Source of the DNA: Octopus vulgaris
Taxonomy: Eukaryota
Assembly: GCA_951406725.2 (NCBI GenBank)
Contig: OX597819.1
Span: forward strand, 86,118,001-86,182,000
Direction of reading: 5' to 3'
Length of the DNA stretch: 64,000 nt
Of this stretch, positions 50,171-63,445 are shown in pieces. Each line of letters begins with the position of its first letter. Position 1 is the stretch's first letter. The translations under genes were made by a program, and so were the position numbers. Under the pieces are notes generated by a model that saw nothing but the letters and a program-made list of their open reading frames with translations, made no database searches and was not told where the DNA came from.

Positions 50171-53100
50171 GTCGTACTACTTTCAGTTTCCGTCTACCAA
50201 ATCCACTGAATGATTTGATTGGCCCAAGGCTATAGTAGATATTTGCCAAAGATGCCACGCATTGGGAGTAGTGTCGTAACGATGCACATCTCTGGGATCC
50301 TAACAGACAGAATGCGGTTATTAAGTCTGCTTTTAAAGTGGTTCTCTGTTTCTCAGATCTATTTCGCGTGTGAGTCCTTACATTGTTGATGTTACATCTG
50401 TTGTTGTTTCTGCTGCTGTTGGTTACCTCTTCTACTTCGTAGACCACGTCTCGGAGTTGTATCATCGACCATCAATTGGACACTCATTGTTAACCTACAT
50501 GAACATCATACGTCAGTGCTGGGTTTGGAGCATTCTCTAATATATTTTTCACGCTAGGCACACAGCTGAAGGAGACCCTTAAGTTATGTTTCTTAAATGA
50601 TTATCCATACGTATGGAACTCTGCGAAATGCTTATCTATTAATCTAAAAATAAAAAGATCTTCCCACGCTGGCTTTAACGTTGACTGAGAAGGCTGGGTT
50701 AAACCAAAGTATCTCATGGCAGTATTTCATTTGCGAGTGTTAGCTCCCGACGAATCGTTAACGCGATCCTCAAACTCGCTGGTTGGCAAAGCCACGCTGT
50801 AGTATGAGGCCGCAGCGTCGAAAATATCTTCACTCAATGGCAGGTTCAAAATCCTCCCACTGATACCGTTTCCAAGTTAATAATATGTGTAGTCTTAAAT
50901 GCAACACAAGTCTTAAACTTGCCAGAAGATTCTGTGTGCCTATAAGTGAAACTCAGAACAACAAGAGGCTGACTCGACCAGAATAATACATATATACAGA
51001 CAGGCAGGCAGACATACATAAATACTGGCATACAGTTGTGTGTGTCATATATGTTTGTGTGTACATTGATTTATAACAGGACATCTGGCAGTGAAGTTGA
51101 TAGTTCTTCTATTGGAATTATTATTGTTATAGTTGTTGTTATCAATGCCATTGTAATTATTGGAGTGGTTACTGATGGCATTTCATAGCACACAATATTT
51201 TGTACTTGCCCCTTTGTTTCTCTCCCTCCCTCTTCGTTCTTGCCTACTTTGGAAATTTTACGAGTGTTTAAGAATGTGTAGGCGTGGATATTTCATTAAT
51301 CATAAAATACTCTATGAGTTTTTTTTTTTGTATTTCATTAATACTTTTATGTGGCTTGTATTCCGTGCCTTAGCCTATCCCTTGGTTTGATATCCCACGT
51401 CGAACCGCACTGGCAGTAGGGGTGGTGTGATGGACCTTCGAATGAATTTGATATTTGGTTAAGTACTATGCTTCACAGTGCACCCCCCCACACACACACA
51501 TTTTACGAACCCGTGTTGCATTTAAAATCATATCCGGAATGAGAGAGTTTGTAACGTTCTTTTTTCAGTAATATTGAAACCTTCCTGATATTGTCTATGT
51601 CTAAATAGACTGGTAACAATTCGAATAAGTGAGGAAGCTTGTCCCAACATTTTCCGATACAGCCAGCTTAATCATGGAGCAGAAAGTTTTGGAAACCTGT
51701 CTTAAAGTAAAAAAATAATCTAGAACCGAATTTATCTAACTCAACACTATCAATAAAACCTCTCAAAAGAATGGTTTAAATCGCATATGATAGAGAAAAA
51801 TATGTTACAATTCACAAATAGATTTTTTAATCTTCAATGATTTCGATGGTTGGCACGCTAACAGAAAAGAAAGAAAAGCTAAAGCTCGGATTCAACTTCT
51901 TATTATGCATGACAAGGCATGGTATTTTTGGACGTTTCGAGACCAGTATTTTTGGACGTTTCGAGACCTGTCAGAACGATTCCATTGGCATCACTTTTGC
52001 ATATAGACAATATAAACAAAGTAGAACTTCCTAAGGTCTGGAATTAGTGGCCTTTCGCTGGACAGACTCAAGGTGTTTTTATAGTTTACTTAAGATCTTC
52101 TCATCTAGGGATGCATTCGCCTTCACTTTATTATCTAATTGGTAGAAAGATTTTACACCTTTTAAAATCGCGGCCATCTACATTTATGCGATATTTTGGG
52201 GTGGTAAAGTTTGAGGAGGTAAAGTTTATGCGATATTTTTGGGGAAGTAAGTTTTCTTTGAAGTGTTGCTTAGAATTGTATATGCATTTACCTTTAGGTA
52301 CAAAATCACAAATGTGAAGAGAAATATGATTGTGGTTGTTTCTATATCACTCAAAGATATCAATAACTTAAGTGTAAAATACAAGCGTAAAAAAAGATAT
52401 AGAAATCAAGTCGTCATACTACATTTTTGATAGCATATTACTATTTGTTTCGTTTATCACGAAACATACGTGTATGAGTATTTAAAAAGAATGATTGATA
52501 ACTTATTGATCTGGTAATGTTTTTTTATTAATATATAAAGGAATTATTAATATATAAAGGAATTGGCAAATAGCTCCCTTTGTCAGAAAAACAAAATTCT
52601 AAATATCTAGATCCAATTTGGTAAATAATATTACATCGAAAATTGATGCATTTAAAACGGTAAAAAACATTCATGCAAGCAGAAGCTGATTTAATGCAAG
52701 GAAGAAATATGATGACAATTCTTTTCTTCTTTTTAGTTCGCATATTTGAGTGGTTAAAACGCACAACACCTGCTTGACAAATACCTTTTAATGATATGAT
52801 ATTTTCATATCAGATAGGGAAATATTTTATGTAAGAGACAGTGAAAGCATAAGAACGCCTGTTTTTAAGGTACTCTTTCTCACTTCAACCGATTTTACTT
52901 TTTAATCCTGCTGGATGTCTACACACAAACTTTTTTTCAAGCGAACTGGGAAATGGTTTAGGGAACTTTTTGCTATATGTCGATTAGATTGGATCTATTT
53001 TACAATTAAATCAACGAGAGTTGATTTGGCGCGCACAATGAGTTTTGCGCTCGTTACTTTGTAGAAAAAGTCGGCCCTTGAACACTACTCCAATATACTA

Positions 53101-53670
53101 CATCTTTTCCCAGCTTGCATACTTAATATCCCATTTTAACATAAGACTAGGTTTATTAGGGTTTATTAGATGTATTAGGTTTATTAGGGAAAGGTACAGA
53201 CGATTATATCTATCTCCACCTAGCACTTGAGGAATACTTATTTTTATCGACGACATATAGTGACAAACTTAACCTTCATCAGATCTGAACTTAGAACGTA
53301 AAAAAACTAAACACTGCAAGACATTGTCTTCGATCCACTACCGTTATTGTCAATCCATTGCCCACGATCAGAAAAGTAGCAAGTTAACTCCTAATTCTGG
53401 AGATGAACTACCGGTGTGTTTTTCTCAAAACACGATTCAGTACCTTCAGAAAAGTACGTACAAATATAATCCTCTTCACTTATATACATATGTTTTAAAA
53501 AATTATAGAACATTGTAATTAGACATTTTGTCTTCTTTGCAAAGCCTTATCTTTATTTTGAAAAGGAAGTATTGCATATATCTCAGTGCATGTTACAGGC
53601 TTGTAGAATATACTAATTAAATTTTCAAAGCGTCTAGATTTTCACTTGCAACACTTTTCCTTCACAATAA

Positions 53671-53765
53671 TCAATATCTATAAAGCTGAAATGCGAAAAA
53701 ATTCTTTGATTTATTTGTTGTTTGTCTCATTTAGGGATGGAGTCGGATTGGCGCCAAAATTTACA
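53671..53765 (+). mobile_element. Helitron-like 5' fragment related to 54256-54486
   Basis: Shares A|TCAATATCTATAAAGCTGAAATGCGAAAAA and gattggcgccaaaatttaca; no 3' hairpin. Confidence 0.5.
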
Positions 53766-54255
53766 GGGCCATGTAAAAAGAGGCGAAGAAGCGACTGGAC
53801 TAGATTAGAGACCCCTATCTCAAAAGCTGTGGTTACTAGGGCAACAAAACCCAGAATTTGACAAGTGTTTGTCGTTTCTCCCTTTCGTTTATCATCCTGT
53901 CTTCCTCGATCTCTCTCTTTCTTTCCTTCCCTCTTCTTTCTCTCTATAACGACGTTTGACAGCTTCCACTCCCATTCCCTCTCCACCTTCACCGTCTCTC
54001 TGTCACTCTTTCTCCCACCACCTCTCTCACTGTACGTCTGTCTGTATCTATAGAGAAAAGGCGTTGACAGCCGCAAAAGTTTAAATATTCCCGCCAAAGG
54101 TCTTTTAGAACGGTGAATTATTATCGCCCACCACCACCGTACAATCATAACAAATATTATTAATCAGAATTATTGTGTTAATTTATATATATATGTGTGT
54201 ATATAAATATATATATAATGTGTATACATATATATGTGTGTGTGTATATATATAA

Positions 54256-54486
54256 TCAATATCTATAAAGCTGAAATGCGAAAAAGTTTGATTTTGATTT
54301 CTTGGTCCCATTTTGGGATGGGAACGGTTTAAGGAGCGGTAGATGGGGTCAGATTGGCGCCAAAATTTACACTAGGGGGTAAAATGGGGTGGGTAATGGT
54401 ATGAGGAGTGTTGCAAGACGCTCGGGGCTACCGTTTGGTTGCTATCACCACCAAAACTCGAGTGAAGCACGGGTCAAAATAGCTAG
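54256..54486 (+). mobile_element. Non-autonomous Helitron (231 bp)
   Basis: Canonical A|TC ... CTAG|T boundaries and a subterminal hairpin (actcgagtgaagcacgggt). Confidence 0.7.
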
Positions 54487-55689
54487 TCTATATATAATTC
54501 CGCCGAGGTCGACTTTGCCTTTCATCCTTTCGGAGTCGATAAATTAAGCACCAGCTGCGTACTGGGTCGATCTAATTGACTGGCCCCTCCCCCCAAAATT
54601 TCAGGTCTTGTACCTAGCGCAGAAACGAATAATCTATATATAATTGAAGAAGGTACCATAAATGCAGTTGCTTTCTTCTAAAAGTCTCACACTATCATTC
54701 GTCTTAACAAGACATTATTTTTGTACATACATGCTAAATACTCTTTTGTATTCTGGTGTTCTGAATTAAATATTTGCTGAATTAATTCTTATAGTATACC
54801 ATCTTTTGGTTTTCCTTCACTTGTTAATAAAATAAATACCACTAACTAGTGCCTGTTAAAAACACTGACACCTTGGAAAGAAAAGTTAATATATTATATA
54901 CCTTAATTGTTATCCAGTTTTTTTAAAACTTGCTTGACCATTGTTATTTAAGCGAAGTGATGAAAGCCTTCACATTCCTAAAGAATTAGAACTAGAAATT
55001 TATTCAATGCTTCTAGTCTGTATTTATCTTAACAGAGAAATTTATCATTCCAGATAAACTATATCAGAACCATTCTGAAATGCGCAAAATCGTTCACGTG
55101 ACGAAGTTAAATATTAAATCGCATGACTTTCTATCCACCCAAATAGTATCTAAAAACCTGGAAATTCTTGAAGGTTGTTAATTAATAATGATTAATTATG
55201 GCTTGGTTCTAATTTATTGTAGTAAAGCTATCGAAAATAAATGCTCCAGGGTAAATACAGCACTTTTACCAACTCATTATCATCGTTAAGTTACCGCTTG
55301 CAAATCAATTAATCGACTAATGTAAATATATACTACATAAACTCATCTCAGAAATAGAAAATTGTATTATCCAATCGGTATGGAGCTGATATAAGATACT
55401 AATAAGTTTATATGCCTTAAAAATTCACTTACTCCGTCATTGTCGATAGGAATAGCGCAGTTTATAAAGGCGTCGGTTAATGCAACTTTTGAAGAAATTT
55501 ACTGAAAGCAATACTCAAAATGAGGACACCAATCCCACTCATGTAAAGAGTGTATATAATCCTGAATGTAGATCTCTATAGCTATAGCATTCAGTGTGTG
55601 TGCCTGTGTGTGTACTATCGAAAATATTTTTGAGTATTTTGAGCGTTATGAATATCATATAATAAAACAATCGAAATATCGCAACTTAC

Positions 55690-55830
55690 TAGATGGGTGG
55701 CTGTTTTCTCCGACGCCGTAGATATTAATAGCACGTACACGAAAACTGTAGGTAGCATTTGGTATCAATCCCTCCATATTTGCGAATTTCATGTTAGTGT
55801 TCTCTTTCAACGTTGAGGGTTCTTTGAGAG
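55690..55830 (-). CDS. CNTN: Contactin-like exon (second half of FN3 repeat 1)
   Basis: Acceptor tatattgcag| at 55831 and donor |gtaagt at 55689; 141 nt, phase 1 to 1. Encodes LKEPSTLKENTNMKFANMEGLIPNATYSFRVRAINIYGVGENSHPS, with the FN3 L-x-P-x-x-x-Y-x-F-R-V-x-A signature. Confidence 0.9.
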
Positions 55831-55929
55831 CTGCAATATATATCATAATATATACACATAGGCAACAAGCTAACAATATACAGATTTATACAAGAAAATG
55901 ATAATACATACATACATACACACACACAT

Positions 55930-57158
55930 GATGGCTGACAGTTATTGGTGCTGTGATCGAATGTGACTTTTTAGCCGGCTGTAGTTGTAACTGGGCTTCA
56001 TGTACCGTTGCATGTCGTTTAAGTCCTCCTGCCAAATTACACTCTCTTCCACATACCTAACAGATATGATTAGTATGGTGTGTAACGCCACCATCAGTGG
56101 CCATGTTGTCACTCATCTATCTCGCTTTATGACTACGAATATGACTCTTGAGTCCAGCTTTGCTGAGGCAGGATCTTGCACAGACACTGCATGTCAGCAT
56201 CATAGGAAGACCCTTCTCATCTGGGAGTGTAACAGCGATGCTCTTCCTGACATCCCTCCTTACTTTCTCATGCGCCACTCGAGATTTCTCAAAAGTAGCT
56301 GTCCCCTCGTGCACAATCCTTCTCCACCTGCTACGATCAATAGCTATGTCATCCCATGTCTCAGGAGAGATGCAAGCATCTCTTAAAGAAGCCTTCAGCA
56401 AGTCCTTTTACCTCTTTTTTGGTTTATGTGTAGGTCATTCTCCTTTAGCTAACTCTCCATAAAAGAGTTGTTTTGACATCCTTGAATCCTTCATCATGAC
56501 CAGATGACCACTCTATCTGAGCCTTTGCTTTAACGCTAGAGCTTCTATACTTTCGCACCGAGAGCCTTCCAATATTTCAAAATCAATGATGCGGTTCTCC
56601 CACTTAATGCCATAAATCCGTCTGAGACACATCTGATGGAAACGTTCCAGCTGTTTAAGGTGGTATCGATATGTGACCCACGTCTCGCAGGCATAGAGAA
56701 GAGAAGGGAGCACACATACCTTGTACACCTTTATCTTTGTCTTTCTGCGTATGTCTCGCCGACTCCAGAAGCCCCTTTCTAGCCTTCCGAAAGCAACACT
56801 TGCTTTCCTAATTCTGTATGGAATTTCATCATCCAAATTGCTATATCTATTAATAGTGCTACCCAGGTAGATAAACTGATCAACTACATCAAGTCGTTGA
56901 CCATACACATAGATATTTGGTACACTATACTGCTTACCAGGGGCAGGTTGGTACATGACAACAGTTTTCTTGGGATTAACTGTCAATCCTAAGGCGGTGC
57001 AAGCATCAGAGAATGCATTCAAAATGTGTTGCATATCAATCTCTGTGTGCGCTACTAGCTCACAATCACTGCATACAAAAGGTCTCTTATGATAGAGGTA
57101 TATACCTTTGCTTTTGCAGCAAAGCGCCTGATATTAAATATGCTGCCAGAGGTTCGAT
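55930..57158 (-). mobile_element. 5'-truncated RTE-clade LINE
   Basis: GLTVNPKKTVVM, FIYLGS, LPSLLYACETW, RLRWSGHLV and C-terminal C2H2-like CSVCARSCLSKAGLKSHIRSH; truncated at (TACA)n. Confidence 0.88.
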
Positions 57159-58329
57159 AATACATACATACATACATACATACATACATACATACATACA
57201 TACATACATACATACATACATACATACATACATGCATGCATATATATGCGCGCCCGCGTGTGTGTGTGTTTGTGTGGAAGGAACATTTATTGTAGTTTCA
57301 CGTAGTTTCAGTGGGTTTCTTCTTGTATTTAAGTGGGAATATCAATAAAAGCTGAATTTTATTGAATAAAGAAAATATTTTCTCAGTATTAATTAGCTTT
57401 TCTGAATCACAAAAAGTAGTTTTTATTTATATTACATATTCCAAAAATAATATGCACAGTTTCAAAATTGTGGCTTTTATCATTTCAAATTCCTTTTGTC
57501 TAATGACAGTTGCTTGCCTTAAGATTCAATGGAGTACTCAACTCCCACTACCTCCCCAAAATAAGTGAGCACAGAAGATAGACGGATGACCTCAAGCATA
57601 TTTATTTTGTGCTAATAACGGTATGAAGTTATTGGTATGAAACCAAGATATATATATGTGGTGGGAGGATGTCATACAAATTTATAGGACGAAACTGACA
57701 AATGGTAAACGATTGACAAAAGGGGAGACCAAGAGAACTTTCAAACTTCATCTTGTCTGTTAGTTGAGAATCTACAAAATTAGGTTATGTGATTAAATCG
57801 CTTCGTATCAATAATATGATCCTGCGAACTTTTTGTAACAACTTGTACTTTAATAAGAAATTGTTGATGCATGAACGTATATTTGATAGATATCTTTGTT
57901 AATGGGCGATGTTATATTCTTTGAAAGAAAATATATTTCTGAAAACTAGTAATTTTTCATTCGCTCTTTCTCTTTCTTTCTCTATCACTATTATATGTAC
58001 TATACTTACAGTATACATACATACTGTTGAAAGGTATAACATGGTGGTTTTGTTCTAGAGAAAATCTCTTCATAGACATATATATATATATCATAGACAA
58101 TATATATATATAACCCAGCAGCAACCTGCAAGAACGCCCCACACACTCACTCAAATATATGTCTATATGTATGCAAATTATCGCATTATATCGAGTTATA
58201 ATAAAAAGAAGATATTAAACTAAAGAATTGCTCAATATTTTCGTATAGCGCATGTTTATTATAATACTTAAAGAGTAGTGCTGACAATGACTTCGAAGTT
58301 TTGGCCTGCGAGCCTTCACTGGATTGGTA

Positions 58330-59554
58330 TGTGGGGTATAATGGGCTATTTGCCTAATTTTCATCATTTGTCTCAACTTCAAATTAGGAAGCATGATGTA
58401 GCAGGTATTATGAATTGATCATCCCTCCTGCTAACGTAAATTTAGTATTATTCCCGGCGACTCTTTTACAAACTCTTCATTCTGGATGACAGACCTCAGT
58501 CACTAGACCAGCCGCCTTTTGCCCGTCAAATAAATCTTCACTGTGTTGCAAGAATCCCTTTATATTTGGCTTTTTTTCTTGTACTAGAGATACGTTCAAA
58601 GCATCTTCTTTGCTTATGTTACGTTGGATAATTGAAATATACTTGAACATTTTGAAATTCATAGACATTCAAAAGCAAGGCATAATACGTCTGATGTTTC
58701 CTGTAATAATATGTCTCAGAATTGTTTCCTGAAATTATTGATATTTACACAGAATCAAGGTGCGGTAAGATGATTTTAGCGTTACTTCAAGAAGAAAAGA
58801 AATAAAATTGCACTAAAGAAGCTACTAAAAGTAAAAGAGTAGAAAGGAAGATGGTTCACTTGCTCTAGAATGGCACGAAACAAGTATTGATGATGACCAT
58901 GATAGAGCAAATGATTCGGAGGAAGAGGGCGCTGAATGGTATGCCTGCGAAAGATTCTGGAACAAATGCCAGAACAGGAAGACTGAAGTTTGGTTACTGT
59001 GTGACCTTTGTGATGATTATATCTGTCGTAAGCGTACACGAAGGGGAAACTATATTAACCAAGAGTCTTGTGGAAGAAGCATACTGCTTAATCTGGGCTC
59101 TGTATGCCGAATGGAGGAGTTTCTCATGATTTATTTAACCGTGAAAGTGATTGTTTTTCCGTAAACGTGGTTGTTATTTTTCTTTATTATTTTGATGAAG
59201 TTTGAATTTATTTAACTTGAGATGTTTCATGTTTCTTTATTAACGATTTTCAACATTCAGACGCAACTTGCCTTATCTTTATTCCAATACTGCTTTACTT
59301 TTAGCTCCTTTTGTGGATGACCTATTATACACCATAAACTATTGAATTTTTATACAGTAATACAAATATGATTTTTACAGGCGTTCCGATGGATTGGGAA
59401 GCAATTTTGAATGCCTCTCAATCAATCGGAATCAGCTTATCAGAACTATGATGCACTTTTTGAGATAGCAAATCTATGTTAACTGCTATACTTCGGTTTT
59501 TATTTCACATTGCTTTTAAAATTTTGGAAACATTTGACCCAATATGCCCCACGT
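58330..59554 (+). mobile_element. Possible internally deleted pogo-like transposon with a PHD-like finger
   Basis: TIR-like pair GTGGGGTATAATGGGCTA / TGACCCAATATGCCCCAC; the plus frame near 58870-59060 gives an acidic run followed by C..C...EVWLLCDLCDDYIC. Confidence 0.4.
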
Positions 59555-59700
59555 TATATGTATGTATATATGTGTTATTGTCCAGTTTTATTTCAAGTTT
59601 TATTGCCAATCTAGATCCAAGTCTCCTTCATTGGAATTTCAACATGAACAACAGGGTATTTTTGTTTGTGTGTATATATGTATGTATGTACATGTGCAGA

Positions 59701-59776
<76 letters not shown>

Positions 59777-59779
<3 letters not shown>

Positions 59780-59874
59780 GAGGATGCTGAAAAGTTCCTG
59801 GCTTTGCGTTAAAGAAAATACAGGAAGACTAGGCCTTTCACGACACCCTTAAAAGAACTTTTTAGCCCCCCTCG
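59777..59874. mobile_element. 98-bp deletion derivative of the 1397-1617 MITE, opposite orientation
   Basis: Both ends match the reverse complement of the 1397-1617 ends; the middle is missing. Confidence 0.65.
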
Positions 59875-60066
59875 TATGTATATATATATATGATAGATTG
59901 CCGTCAATTCATTCTCTCTTACCTGTTTGTGTTTGCCTTTCAAATGCTGTGTTTTTACTGAGATCTCCCTTTTAGTAGAAGAAATGGCTATAATCTCTTT
60001 GACTCCTATTTCTAAATTCGGTGTGCGGTAAGGCAATTCGTTGCTAAACCCTTAATTGCTTAGTAT

Positions 60067-60106
<40 letters not shown>

Positions 60107-60173
60107 AGAGTTTACGAAAAAAACAAAAGACGAAGACAGATGTATTAGTATAACGCTCAGAAATAGAAAAAGT

Positions 60174-60209
60174 CTTTTGCGTTTCGAGCCTATGCTCTTC
60201 TACAGAAAG
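60174..60209 (-). ncRNA. Second copy of the 50002 hammerhead-like motif (cleavage-site U changed to C)
   Basis: CTTT-CTGTAGA-A-GAGC-ATAG-GCTC-GAAAC-GCA-AAAG; the surrounding ~130 bp is homologous to about 49985-50130. Confidence 0.4.
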
Positions 60210-60276
60210 GGACACGGGAAAAACAAGGAGAGAAAAAAATGTGTTAAGTGGCTAACGAACTATATATACATATATA

Positions 60277-60735
60277 CTAACAGTATAGCCCGGCTTTGTC
60301 CGGGATTAAGTTAGGATAGTTAAGCTAATCAAGTTCTTTATTTCAAACCAAACTAAATAACATCGATGTCAAATTTGAGCGAAATCCGTTGAAATTGGTA
60401 AATTTTTGGCTGAAAATGAGTTGCAGACAATTTGATTGGGAAATCCCATAAGAAATCGGTTCATCGATTTTTTCCCACTCAACGATTTTTTTTTTTTGAG
60501 ATCTTAAAGCATTCAAAGATTTCATGAGTCCTAAGTAATGCTGGCACCACATTTATACAAAATACATCAAAATTGGTAAAAGTTGTTTGAAAATGGGGTG
60601 TAACCAATTTTAGTGGTAAATCCTATAAGGATAAAATGGAAAACCCCATAAGGAATAAGTTTATTTATTTTTCACCCCAAATAGGACTGAACCGAACACA
60701 ACATTGCTGATACAAAAACATCTATATTTATACTT
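60277..60735 (-). mobile_element. Helitron-like non-autonomous element
   Basis: Minus-strand 3' end cccgggacaaagccggg-ctatactg-TTAG|T resembles the 5393 and 5964 termini; the 5' end is uncertain. Confidence 0.45.
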
Positions 60736-60986
60736 TAAAGTTAGTTTTCATACCCAACCCAGTTCTGCAGAATCAGTGTCGTGACGGGAGCACATGTGTT
60801 GGGAGTTTGATCGACAGAGATGATCAGGTTGCACAAAGCAGCTCTTTTGAAAACACCACCCCTTCATCTGCACTCCCCCTTTGCCCACGGGTTGGGAACC
60901 CTTCCTGCAAGGAAAATAGAACACCCCAAAGGGCTCTCAATCGTCTGTGTTAGAAGCGGTTGTTCAGATCACAACTAAATCTTAAG

Positions 60987-61021
<35 letters not shown>

Positions 61022-61032
61022 TATATATATAT

Positions 61033-61117
<85 letters not shown>

Positions 61118-61226
61118 ACACACACACACACACAGACTTATACCTACTTTTCTGACGTAAACACTGTACACCTATTACATACATGTTTTTGTACGCATAT
61201 ATGTTGGTGTGTGTGTGTGCATGTGC

Positions 61227-61397
61227 GTGTGACTGAAGCCATTCACACTTACATAACAACCCCTCTCTCTAATTTTGTCTGTCAATCACTCACTAAAAAG
61301 ATAACTTTTTTATTTCGTCTTTTTAGTGTGTGATTGACAGACAAAAAGAGAGAGGGTTGTTACGTATGTATTTATGTGTAAATGGCTTCAGTCACAC
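61227..61397. repeat. Compact near-perfect palindrome (arms of about 75-80 nt, 16-nt loop)
   Basis: gtgtgactgaagccatt...ttttgtctgtcaatcac.cactaaaaaga / tctttttagtg.gtgattgacagacaaaa...aatggcttcagtcacac. Confidence 0.85.
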
Positions 61398-61438
61398 AAA
61401 TTCACACACATGAACATGTATGCAATAGTTGTGCGTAC

Positions 61439-61480
<42 letters not shown>

Positions 61481-61686
61481 GTGTTGCCCGTATATCGACA
61501 AAACACTTTTTCCTCGATGAAAGAAAAAACAAATCTCTTAAAAATTTAGCCGTCGCTAGAAGGGGACTTAACTCATGTTTGTAAACAATGGTGATTTCTC
61601 CGCCGTGGAAATTAAGTTATGGTTGAATTGGAGCGACATGCGTGTTAATTTGGGGAAATTCACGTACACACACACACATATCCTGC

Positions 61687-61752
<66 letters not shown>

Positions 61753-61755
<3 letters not shown>

Positions 61756-63383
61756 TTGCGGCCAAAATGTTCAGAACGGCATTGTTTTCGTCAGAAAAGT
61801 AGGTATAAGTTTTTATCAAAGTTGTTTTATATTCTATAATTTTCACAGACGATAAATAAATACAATATAATTGGTATTGTCTGAGATTTTGGTGTAATTT
61901 GAGAGGATAATACAAAAGTTATGGATGATTTAGTAATTTACTGCAAAACCCATGGCGGCCAAAATGTTCAGAACGGTTGACAAAATAACAAAATAATCAA
62001 AAATGACAGAGAATACTGGAATTATTTAATATTTAGTTTGAAGCCCTTTAGCTTCAATCACACTCTGACATCTTCGACTGCATGAGGAAATTAAATTTTC
62101 AATTTCTTGCTGGGTGATCTTATTCCATTCTTCCTGAAGGGCATTCCATAATTGCTCAGTTGTTTTAGGATTTCTGGCTTTCGAACGTTCTCCTAGAATA
62201 TTCCACACATTTTCAATAGGATTGAGATATGGGCTTTGAGCAGGCCAATCCATATCAATAACCTTTTCAGCCTTTAGGAAGTTCATGACCATCTTAGCCT
62301 TGTGACATGGGGCGTTGTCCTGCATGAATATGGGTGGTCGCTTAGTTGAATTTCTCAGCACAGGCAAGACATGATCTTTTACAAGTTGTTTATAAACGCC
62401 TGCATTTAACTTTCCATGTAATCGCACTAAAGGGCCCACACCATCTCCAGATATCATTCCCCATACCATGACACTTCCTCCACCGAATTTAACACTAGTC
62501 TTAAGGCATTTAGGCAACAATTTTTCACCTACTTTTCTACGAACGTACCTTTTCCCATCTGAGCCAAATAGCATAAACTTAGATTCATCACTGAAATGCA
62601 CCGTTTGCCATTTTTCTTGAGACCACAACACATGTTCGGTTGCAAAGGTAAGACGACACTTTTTATTCTTGGAGCTGATCAGTGGCTTCACTGCAGGTGC
62701 TCTTGCTTGTTGGTCATGTTCAACTAAAGGACGAGACACAGTTTTTCGAGATAAAGTTTTCTTCAATACAATGTCATTTTCCGAAAAACAGCACCAGCAG
62801 TTTTAAATCTGTCCTTTTTAACCAACTTTACCATAGCACGATCTTCTCTCTTGGTCGTTTTTCTTGGCCTACCAGTAAACTTTCTTGCTTCACACAAACC
62901 ACAATCATCGTAGACATTAAGAATACCGTGTACAACACTTTTTGACTTGCTAACAATCTTTGCAATAGATCCAATACTTAAATTATCCTTCCTTCGAAGC
63001 TTAATAATCTGCTGTCGAATTGGTTACGAAGTAAGTGGCATTATATTAACAAAGTACACTGCAAATATTCTTACTAATGTTTAGTAAACGAACCGTCACG
63101 TAAACAAATTCAAAACATTAGAGTTCGCCGGTTAAATATACTAAAACATGGAGTAAAAGCAACCGTTCTGATCATTTTGGCCGCCGTGGGTTTTGCAGTA
63201 AATCACTAAATCATCCATAACTTTTGTATTATCCTCTCAAATTACGGGAAAATCTCAGGCAATAACAAATAATATTGTATTTATTGTCTGTGATAATTAT
63301 AGAATATAAAACAACTTTGATAAAAAGATATATCTACTTTTCTGACGAAAACAATGCCGTTCTGAATATTTTGGCCGCAACTG
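61753..63383 (-). mobile_element. Tc1 DD34E transposon with IR/DR TIRs, copy 2 (early stop plus one frameshift)
   Basis: Same termini and TIRs as 43152-44772; 246-aa ORF with the intact DDE domain and 34 residues between D2 and E. Confidence 0.93.

Positions 63384-63445
<62 letters not shown>

Noticed and set aside
51922-51969. 24-bp tandem duplication containing GGTCTC-GAAAC-GTC on the minus strand
   Set aside because: No matching core or stem I nearby; at most a remnant.
51900-52260. Short direct repeats (also at 22215-22265 and 45855-46135) considered as a CRISPR-like array
   Set aside because: Only two units each, no unique spacers, and a eukaryotic context; these are simple local duplications.
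60754-60904. Possible exon with acceptor ttctattttccttgcag and donor gtatga
   Set aside because: The only open frame is phase 2 to 0, which is incompatible with the phase-1 start of exon 55830, and the peptide is not FN3- or Ig-like.
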